The position numbers and the translations under genes are program-made. Shown piece by piece: positions 51,960 to 62,082 of a stretch of DNA of 63,783 nucleotides (within the stretch, counting starts at the first letter, position 1; each line of letters opens with the position of its first letter). The stretch covers positions 74,779,957-74,843,739 of the forward strand of contig NC_068987.1 in NCBI RefSeq assembly GCF_001194135.2, read 5' to 3'. The notes beneath the pieces are model-generated. The model had not been told where the DNA came from, ran no database searches, and was given only the letters and a program-made list of their open reading frames with translations. This DNA comes from Octopus bimaculoides (Eukaryota).

Positions 51960-52320
51960 AGACACAGTTGCTAATTCAATTGAAAATTTCACATATAATC
52001 CATAAGGGATTATGTTTTCTGCATACTCCATAAGGTATGAAGGAATTTCCAAGGAAGAGTGTAAAAGCTGAATGGATGAAAAGAAGGTATGTCTTCTTTT
52101 AAGGAAATTATCACCAGCAGAACAAGAAATGTTTTGTAATTACATCTTGCTGAGAAATCCATCCGAAATTTGTTTCGAGAAAACAATTAAGCTATTATCT
52201 AAAATATTCAGTGAAAGAAGTTCACTATTTAATATTCGATGGGAGTGTTTGAATTTGAAATAAAAAAGAAATGGAAGATTTTGCCATGTATGCTGGAATT
52301 GTAAATAGAGAATGTGAAAA
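51960..52320 (+). mobile_element. Ty3/Gypsy gag remnant (LTR-like sequence probably at 51500-51720)
   Basis: DTVANSIENFTYNP*...KVCLLLRKLSPAEQEMFCNYIL...FEKTIKLLSKIFSERSSLFNIRWECLNLK*...YAGIVNRECE. Confidence 0.75.
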
Positions 52321-52456
52321 ATTTTTTTAAAGCCTAGTACTTATTCTATTGGTCTCTTTTTGCCAAACAGCTAAGTTATAGGGATGTAAACACACCAACA
52401 CTGGTTGTCAAGTGGTGATGGGGTTACAAACAGACACAAAGGCACACACACAGATA

Positions 52457-52490
<34 letters not shown>

Positions 52491-54207
52491 CGTATATATA
52501 TATATGTATATATATACTGGCCACCTTTATTATTTTTTATATATGTATACAATGGGCTTCTTTCAGTTTCCATCTACCAAATCCTCTTACAAGGCTTTGG
52601 TCAGCCTGAGGCTATAGTAGAAGACACCTGCCCAAGGACTGGACCTGGGACCATGTTGCTGGGAAGCAAACTTCTTACCATACAGCCACACCTGGGGTAC
52701 CAAAATCTATTAATTGCTTAGGTCATCTATGGGTCTTTATCAATCCCTGGCTCTATGCAAACCAATTTTTACCTCTGAGAAGAAGTAGTCTATGTTATTC
52801 TGGCCTCTATTCTTTCACCTGTCCATATACATAAATTTATAAATCAAAATTGATTTTTAGCCCTCATCACCATCCGACCAAATAGTTGTTGTTTACTTTC
52901 ATTTCAACTCTAATCAAGTAAACCTGTTGAAGACAACTCAGTTGTAACCATCCAATCCATTTAGAGTAAGGATGGGGAAACCCTAGCCTGCGGACGCAAT
53001 TGTGCCTGCAAGCCCATTTTATTTCACCCACAGGCTGACATGCTCGTATACACAAAATATAGTAAATTTTTCAATTTTTCGACTTAAAATGGTTAGACTC
53101 AAACAGAAAATCGTCTGGTAATTGCCAGCAAATGTAAATTTTGTCTTCACTATAAAACACATATTGTGGCAATTGTTTCTGTTAATACCATTATGCAGAA
53201 AACAGAATCGAAAAAATTTTGTGCCCAAATTTGTGTTTTCATCTTCATTTATAGCATAGATAGTTTTCCCTCTGAAATGCTGCCTTTGCCCTCCAGGATG
53301 CATTGGTCAGCCTGAGGCTATAGTTGAAGACACTTGTCCAAAGTGCTATGCAGTGGGACTGAACTCAGAACTGTGTGGTTGGAAAGAATATCCATTTTCT
53401 TGAGGGAAAAAATCGGATCATGCGAATTTTCTTGGTCCTCTCCCCACCTCATAATCGTTTAGTACACATTATTTTACACCTATTGCACTTTTTCTTCTTT
53501 TTTTTTTTTTTGGTGGCAGGGTGTCGAAGTCATATTACTGGATCATGTAAATTATCCGAGTTTGCACCCCACCCATCCCCCGTCACAAAAATTAGGAAAA
53601 AAATAGTGTACTAGGTGTAAAATGATCTGTTGTAAATGAATATGAAGAAAAGAAATTGTGCCAATGAATGGGGAAGTGGTGAGAGGACTTGGAACATTCC
53701 CGATGTGAATTTACTGAGTCGTCTCTCCACTCCCCATTCGCCAGCATGCATTTTTTTTTCCATATTCATTTACTACATGTTGTTTTACACCTATTACACT
53801 TTTTTTTTTGCCCGGGTCAGAAACTGGAGGTTAACCCCCACCTTGAGACCCAACTCCACTCTAGCTGGAAAATATAGAATACCTCATAAGTAATATAAAC
53901 GTCCTAAATTCAGTGGCAGCATTAATGAAGATGTTACACATTAATTTGATGTGTTAAACTTATCTTTATTAATGTATATCAAATTATGTATAGATATATA
54001 CAAAATTTACACAGATATAAGAGTTAGAACTTGTGATCCATCCGTGGACCTTTCTCTTTGGAAATTTTTGCCTGCTGCACTAAGAAGTTTCCCCACCCCT
54101 GGACTACATTGTGTCCATCTTTCTCTTGTAGGGTACAATTAAAGAGAGATCTGGTTGTTATTACTGGCACATCAGATGACCAGGCAGACTTTCCTCAATA
54201 TTGACTT

Positions 54208-54208
<1 letters not shown>

Positions 54209-54240
<32 letters not shown>

Positions 54241-54328
54241 CTGTTCTTCTTCTTCTTCTTCTTCTTCTTCTTCTTCTTCTTCTTCTTCTTCTTCTTCTTC
54301 TTTTTCTTCTTTTTCTTCTTCTTCTTCT
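54209..54328. repeat. (TAG)n followed by (TTC)n microsatellite
   Basis: Directly visible; many (TA)n, (TG)n, (TC)n and (TATG)n arrays also occur, mostly next to gaps. Confidence 0.95.
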
Positions 54329-55289
54329 GCCCTTGATCGCTTGTAATCAAGTATGCCTATTTTACATAGCATTTCAGTGATCAACTAAGTCTTTGTTCTT
54401 ATATAATGTATCTTGTACTACAGAACATATATCCTTACTTTATAAAGCAAGTGAGGTGTGATTTGAAAGAGATTTAATCTCTATTTCTAGCTAGTTCAGT
54501 AATCATATAAAGGTACCTTTGTTTGTTTGAGAAATAGAAGTTTTTAATGCAAGCTGTTGGCTATTCAAGAAATTTGTGTTACATCTTGCTAGGATAGGAA
54601 ATAACAATAGTAATCCATTAAATATTCTGAAATCCAGACATAATATAAGAATGTGAAAATACAAAGGAAAAAAATACAAAAAAAGAAAAAGAGAAAGGAA
54701 ATGAATGCTCAAATTTTGCTTACCACAAAAATTTCTAGAAAATCATTGTAATATTGTAAACAATAACGACATTGAGGTAATGGTAGTTATGTAATGGACA
54801 AGAGAAAAGGTGGAAGTTTAAGGAGATAGAAGTTTCAATGAATGATGGATTTAACACACCATGAACAGAAAGGTAAGGTGTAACATTGACATGAGTTTTG
54901 CAAACATTTGATGTCACCAAACATTATGTAGGAGGAATGTTTGAATGACCTGTTTTTTTTTTTTACCTTTTTATTTCTTCTTTATAAAGCAAAATGAAAT
55001 AACATTATGCTACAGAAACAAAATTTCTTGTCGAGCAAGAAAAAAAAATTTGAACTGATCTAATTTTATACACATAGGTGTGTCTCCATGTTTAAGAAGC
55101 TGGCTTCCCAACTATATGGTTTCAGGTATAGTCCCACTTCATGGCTCTTCGGGTAAGTAGCCCCAGGGTGAACAAAGCCTTGTGAGTGGATTTAATCAGC
55201 AGAAACTGAAAGAAGCCCACTGTGTGTGTGTGTGTATATATATACATATATATAATTATAATAAAATATATATAAAATATGGGAAGAGG

Positions 55290-56100
55290 TTGGTTGCTCT
55301 TGCAGAGTGTATAATGACTGTCCAGTGGGAGGCCAATGCAAGGCCAAGGAAGTCATCTATGAAGCTGTGGTGACACCCAAGTGATGCAACCACAGTAATA
55401 GCAGCAACAGATCATCCAACAATATCAGAGGCCATGACAGCAGCAGAAACACCAGCACTGACACATATGGCCCCAGTGCAAGCATTACAGCCAGAGAAAA
55501 TGCCAACACCATTACACCAGGGAATCTACCGACTCCACACTCAACATTACCATTGACAGTATCCACATCACTGGCAACAATAGTACCAATCCTTATGACC
55601 AGGGACGACTACAACAATAACAACCACAGTGACTGCAGCCACAGCCATATTGCCAGACTCACACATCATAATGATAGCAGCACTGATGGTAGGCCCCAAC
55701 AACACCAGTGGCAACAACAACATTCCCAGGCCTGGAGCCAATCAGAGACACACCAGTAACGTGAACCTATCAACACCCAAGCCTGGAAATACATTGGATT
55801 AGCCAGTACAGCATTCAAGTGATGCTTGTACAGTCACAGGTCCTCTTTCATGGTCTCAGAAAGATGATTCATCACATCCCTGGCCAGCCATGTGTGGCAC
55901 CTCAAAGATCAAGGGACTCCATACAATTTTAAGTGGAAGATCTTAGAATGGTTGGAGCAGATACTGCAAGCTCTGCATAGCTGAGTAAGCTAGGATACTT
56001 AAAAACTCCCTGAGACTTGGAGACCTGGATCGCTGAATACTTGCCAAGAAATCTTCACACCAAGCATCCATTTCAAGTACTACCTGCTGCAAACATAGAA
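55290..56100 (+). mobile_element. Penelope-like element (Naiad-type) GIY-YIG endonuclease remnant
   Basis: CSCRVYNDCPVGGQCKAKEVIYEAVV (CxCx5C linker motif) ... KYIGLASTAFK*..HRSSF ... TSLASHVWHLKDQGTPYNFKWKIL ... CKLCIAE* ... LNTCQEIF; contains stops and frameshifts. Confidence 0.8.
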
Positions 56101-56413
56101 TTCCCCATTTGCTAGCTAAGACAGGAAGAGTCCTTACGATCCATCAGCGGGCTAAAGGATAGATCCCTTATTCTCCATCTCCAAACAGCTGGTCTAGGGA
56201 GGATAACCCATCCTCACTATCGCTGGACCTTTTATTCTCTAATGACCTTTTGACCATTGACCATAAAAACTTTCCACCTCTGAGAGGTGAAGAGTTAAAT
56301 TTGCTGTAATTTAGCCCCAGAAAACATCATCTCCAGTTGGCTATACGACACGATCTGTGTCCTTATATTTTCAAACAAGGGAATCTAGCACCCCTACTCA
56401 GCTCAAAACAATA

Positions 56414-56458
56414 TCTGTGTATCGCTATTTCCGGGTTATTTTCTTTCATCAGCACAGA
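56414..56458 (-). ncRNA. Decayed minimal type I hammerhead, homologous to the 4619 motif
   Basis: Minus strand: TCTGTG [CTGATGA] AAGA-aaataa-CCCG [GAAA] TAGCGA T A CACAGA. Stem I intact; same loop II and AUA site; stem II and helix III palindrome damaged. Confidence 0.6.
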
Positions 56459-56779
56459 ATAATTGTTCGGCTAGAGGTGGCACTGCCAAATTCCCATTCG
56501 AAATATATAGTTTACAAAATGACAACTAGTCATTGATCTATAAATTAGAAAATTACTATTTCCAAATCTCACGAGACATATTCAGCAACAGTACTTTACT
56601 GGGAATCGAAACCACGATCCTATGACCGCGATACTGCTGCCCTAACCACTGGGCCATTGCACCTCCACGTATATATGTATGTATGTCATTATTCAGTTTA
56701 TTTCAAGATTTCTTGCCAATAGAGAAAAATCCAGTTTCTAACCTAGATCCAAGATTACTTCATTGAAATTTCATGCTTG

Positions 56780-56813
<34 letters not shown>

Positions 56814-58627
56814 TGTATGTATGCATGTATGTATGTATGTATGTATGTATGCATGAGTGTAGTTATATTGAGTCTGCTTGTTTCGACAATGCATAATTGT
56901 TGTAATTGAAAGTCATTCATTTTCAATACTCTGCAGAAACATGTCTAGCTGCAGAGAAATATGAACTTGCTTAGAAACAGGTGGGAGTTAGCAACAGGAT
57001 GGACATGCAGATGTATAAAATATGTCTCAATAAACTCCATTTGACTCATTGAAAATTGGAAAAGTGGACATTAAAAAACAACTTCGATGATGATGATTGC
57101 TTAATATTACATACAGCCACAGTTATTAATAATCACTCAGGGTGCAGAATATTTCCCATATAATTCTAATTGTCCCTATATATCATGTCATTATCATTTG
57201 ATTACATTAATTTAAGTTTTACAATATTTCAGTGGCTATCATAGCGCTCGTACATAGTCTGTCCTTAATTCCCAAAATTAATACATTCTTTTCAAATAAT
57301 TAGCAATGCATCCAATATTATGGAATTGTACATGGGAAACAGAATTGATTATCCTTAAGAAAAATATTTTTATTTATTTGTTTATTTATTTATCTATTTT
57401 GCTTTTAAAACTTTGATACTAACTATAATGCAAATATTTAATGTCTAAAATATTAATTTCAGTTTTGCAATAATACAAGGATGCAAGGCTATCATAGCCT
57501 TCTTATATAATCTATGTCTTCCTCCACAATTTTAATATGTTCTTTTTGGATAATCAACAAGACATTCAATGTTATAAAATTTTCAAATAAAAAAATTCAG
57601 CTCCAATTAAATGTGCTGCCCATCCTGTAATGTGTACTAATGATATACAATACTTTTGATATTACATTTCTATTTTACTTATGTGGTCCTTCTAATAGTC
57701 ACAGCTATTACAAATGAGATAATCATGTCTCCATATGATTATCTCCCTTGAAATAATTTAAAGCTGGATTAGAAATTTGAAATTGAAATTAATGAATTGT
57801 AAGGAAAAAGATGCATAAGTTTCGCATATTTAATTTTTGTTTTTGTTTACCTATTACAAAGTTCTTAGAATTTCTAGTCAATGGTTATTATGTAAACACT
57901 ATTTCATTCTTCTTATAAATCATCAGCATGGCATAACCTGTGACTTATTAATTAAACATTTTATGAAATGGGCATTTGGAAATAATTACAGTCTGAAGGA
58001 AATTCATGAAATGTGATTTTCATTATTTCTTCCTAATATTCAATCATTAGGAGATTCATTCCACTGAAAATGGACACAAAAACTCTTCGCCTCTCAAGTA
58101 AACTGAATATAAAAATATCCAGTATAAGAGGAGAGAATAAAATAATTGTCGAAGTGATAAAGCATTCACAGTTATATTAAGTGATCAGTCATCAATGACA
58201 CAGACAAAATTATAAATTCATTGAATTCCTACAGTTATTACCTAAACCATGGCAAGTTAGTCAAGAACTATAACAAACTTGAAAGCAGCAACCACTGTTG
58301 CTGTTGTTTGCTGCTGCTACTGCTACTGCCGAAAAAAATTAAAGGAATCCCAACCTAGAGATTGAATGATCAACTTATTGCATTCTGTCAATGGTGTTGC
58401 TTTGTATGACTGGTAATGACCTTCATTTGTCAAGCTTTCATATGTTAATGACCTAGAACACCTGTATCAGTAACCTAGTTACGCTGGTTGTAAATAGGTT
58501 ATATTATGAGGTAGAGTCCATTTATATATATANNNNNNNNNNNNNNNNNNNNNNNNNNNNNNNNNNNNNNNNNNNNNATGCAGGGCAGGGAATCAGTATG
58601 TTGGAGAAGCAGGTTACTGTCAATCCC

Positions 58628-58682
<55 letters not shown>

Positions 58683-58989
58683 GTATATATGTATGTTACA
58701 ATTACGAAAGCACTATAAAATTGATATTTCTAGTCAATGGTGATTATGTAATCTTGTTATAATGTGTTTCCTTGTCCACTTGTATGTTACTACTTTTATG
58801 TCCACTACTGACTGACTTGGACTGCCACACAATTGACTTGTCATGTGGGGAGGGGTGTACCAATTTTTCACTACAACATCTTCCCTTTTAGTTTTTTTTT
58901 TCTTTGTGAAGTAAGTAATTTTATTTTACTTTATTCACCCCTCCTCCTTTTTAGTATTCTTTCCTCAACTGAATATTTTTTCTTTTTGA

Positions 58990-59650
58990 TGTTTATTTGT
59001 AGGAACTCTGTGGTTTTCCTTTTTCTTCCACTTGTACACGTGGGTTCAACAACCTGTAATGGTGTTGGTACCTGGAATGTGTCATACAACCATTCCATAG
59101 GTTCTTCCAATCTGTCTGGTTCATTTTCTATGAATCACTTCTTCAATTGGTTTCTGCTTTTTTCAATAACTTTTCTGCTTTTTACCCTGTACATCATTTT
59201 TCCTATGTACTTTGTAATTTCACCTTCTTCTCAGTACTGTTTTCTGCTGTCAATAGCATCCACAATGCATGAGCTATGGCCATCTTTACATTTGTGTAGG
59301 AGAATGACACCTACCCTGTACTCACTAGCATCTGTTGCCAGTATCATCTCCAACTTTAGATCGAAGTGTGTAAAGTGATATGTCTGAAGTTAAAACGCAT
59401 TTTAACTCCTCAGATCCCTTCTGGCATTTTTCTGACCATAAACATGTGGATCTGTACACACTTAGTTTATTATTTTTTTCTTTTACATAAACCGTCAGTG
59501 CTGTCCAGTTTGAATGACCAGCATTTTCAATTTTGTCTAGACTTTCTAGCTCTTTATTCACGCGGTCTAACACGGCAAATGGCACATTCCGTTTGGGCCT
59601 AAAAACAGGAGTTGCCTTTTCTTTTATCACAATCCTTGCTTTTGTTTTAG
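58990..59650 (-). mobile_element. Internally deleted Ty3/Gypsy pol remnant
   Basis: Minus strand: ATPVFRPKRNVPFAVLDRVNKEL (RT start), DASEYRVGVILLH (RNase H), EGEITKYIGKMMYRV...EEPMEWLYDTF (integrase C-terminus). Confidence 0.75.
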
Positions 59651-60184
59651 TTATTTCATATCCATAAACACATACATACATAGATACATATATATATATG
59701 CATACATACATGTGTGTACATATCATTATCATGTAAAGTCCATTTCCCATACTGGCATAGATTTAATGATTTGACAGAAGCTGGCAAACCAGAAGGCTGC
59801 ACCTAGCTCTACTGTATGCACCTAGCTCTACTGTATACACCTAGCTCTACTGTATACACCTAGCTCTACTGCCCTTCCTAACACCAGAGTATGCTGGGTG
59901 TTTTTATGTGGCACCAGTGAGATCACCAAGTAACTTGCAAGACAAGACCCTTCAACTGAATGGGGAGAAGTATTGGGGAAAATGGCTTTGTGCCATAAAA
60001 TTGGCAAAGTTGTCAGAGTTTTGGACAGAATACCTAGCAGTGTCCCAGACCTTTGCAATCTGAGTTCAAATCTTGTCTAGACCAACATTGCCATTTATCA
60101 TTTTAGTGTTGATAAATAAAGTATCATTCTTAGGCAGTGTTGGTGGTAGTGGCATAGCTAGAGTATGCACCACCCAGGGCAGCC

Positions 60185-61052
60185 CTTATGTTTGCTGCTC
60201 CCACACCTGCTGAGGACATGCATAAGCTTGCAAGGAATGAAGCCAGTATGCTCCGCTGGATGTGTAATGTCAGTGTGCATACTCGACAGAGTGTAAGTAC
60301 CTTGAGAGAAAAGTTGGACCTAAGAAGCATCAGTTGTGGTCTGCAAGAGAGACAATTGTGCTGGTATGGTCATGTGGTGAGAATGGATGAAGATAGCTGT
60401 GTGAAAAAGTGTCACACCCTAGCAGTGGAGGGAACCTGTGGAAGAGGTAGGCCCAGGAAAACCTGGGTTGAGGTGGTGAGGCACGACCTTCAAATGTTAG
60501 GCCTCACCGAGGCAGAAATATGCAGTGCGTGAGAAGACCAGGCAAGCCAAGTGAGACCATAATCCGAGGCCTCTGCCAGGGGTGTAGCCAGTCCACTTAT
60601 GCATACTTTTCCTTCATTGGACACTAAACTCTGCTTGCAAAGACCTGTTGAGCCAAGTGAAATCGAAATCGTGATTGAACCAAATTCGATGACTGGCACC
60701 TGTGCCAGTGGAGCGCTAAGAGCACCGTCAGAGTGTGATCATTGCCAGAGCAGCTGTCTGGCTTCTGTGCCAGTGGCACGTAAATAGTACCATTTGAGCG
60801 TGATCGTTACCAGCGTTGCCTTACTGCCACTTGTGCCGGTGGCATGTGAAAAAGCATTCGAGCGTGGTCATTGCCTAACTGGCCCTCATGCCGGTGGCAC
60901 ATAAAAGCACCCACTACACTCTCAGAGTGGTTGACCTTAGGAAGGGCATCCAGCTGTAGAAACTTTGCCAGATCAGATTAGAGCCTAGTGCAGCCATCTG
61001 GTTTGCCAATCCTCAGTCAAATCGTCCAACCCATGCTAGCATGGAAAGTGGA
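60185..61052 (+). mobile_element. 5'-truncated RTE-clade LINE, more diverged
   Basis: LARNEASMLRWMCNV...WYGHVVRM...GRPRKTW; repeat-rich 3' UTR; (GAT)n tail. Confidence 0.88.
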
Positions 61053-61985
61053 CGTTAAATGATGATGATGATATATATATATATATATTTATATACACAC
61101 ACACACAACAGGCTTGATTCAGTTTCCATCTACTAAATCCACTCACAAAGCTTTGGTTGGCCCAAGGCTATATTAGAAGATACTTGCCCAAAGTGCCATG
61201 CAGTGGGACTGAACCTGGAACTATGCAGTTGGGAAGCAAGCTTCTTACCACACAGCCACACTTTCTGCATTTGAGTTCAAATCCCTCCTAGGACATTTAT
61301 GCCTTTCATCCTTTCAGAGTTCATAAATCATGCATGAGTCCAAGGTGGTGGGTGAGTTGATGAAATGTCAAAGCACATACATTTCATGAATCCATCACTT
61401 TGGATTGACATGATTCATGAACTTTGAAAAGATGAAAAGCATAAATGTTCTAGGAGGGATTTGAACTCAAATGCAGAAAGCTTGACTATATATACCTTTA
61501 CATACATGCGTGCGCACACGTGTAAAGGTGCGTAGGTATGCCCGTATGTATGTATATAAGTATGGATGGATATATTCGTGTGTATACATATAGATGATAT
61601 TATTATACATAGGTATGTGTATGTTTAACCTTATTTCTGTATGTATATGACATGTGTAAATATGCATGTACGTATGCATGTGTGGGTGTGTGTATCCGTG
61701 TTTGTCATAGGCGGGAATATATAAAAATATATTTCTTATACATACAGATAATGAAAATGTAAGGATGTGATTGCTATATGGGGTTTGGTTGTAAAAATTC
61801 TCTAGGCCACTGCTGTCGCAAGTCAACCTGGCTAATAGTTCGTCAGGTAGATAGATAGTTATACAGGGTAGAGAAATAGGCTGACGAGTAGGTTTGCCGG
61901 CTGACAAACACAATACACCTGTGAAAATAAGGCTAACACTTGTTGATTATTGCCGTAGCGGCCATCCATAGCGAGAGTTGTTCTG

Positions 61986-61991
61986 TCAGTC
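61986..61991 (+). promoter_or_regulatory. Candidate initiator (TCAGTC) for the CABIT gene
   Basis: Matches the protostome Inr consensus TCAGTY, about 95 nt upstream of the ATG, in a CpG-richer segment. Confidence 0.35.
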
Positions 61992-62082
61992 AGCTCTAAC
62001 GTCAGGTACGGCAGGTGAACAAAAACACCTAAAAAAAGAGAACGAAAAAAAAAACTTGATTAAATAAGTGAATACAAGAAAA

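Noticed and set aside
55382-55870. In-frame TGA codons in the Naiad-type remnant as possible selenocysteines
   Set aside because: They are not at conserved Cys positions, fit CGA-to-TGA decay, and co-occur with TAA stops and frameshifts.
28561-59871. Short tandem arrays as possible CRISPR arrays
   Set aside because: There are no unique spacers, no cas genes, and the context is eukaryotic.
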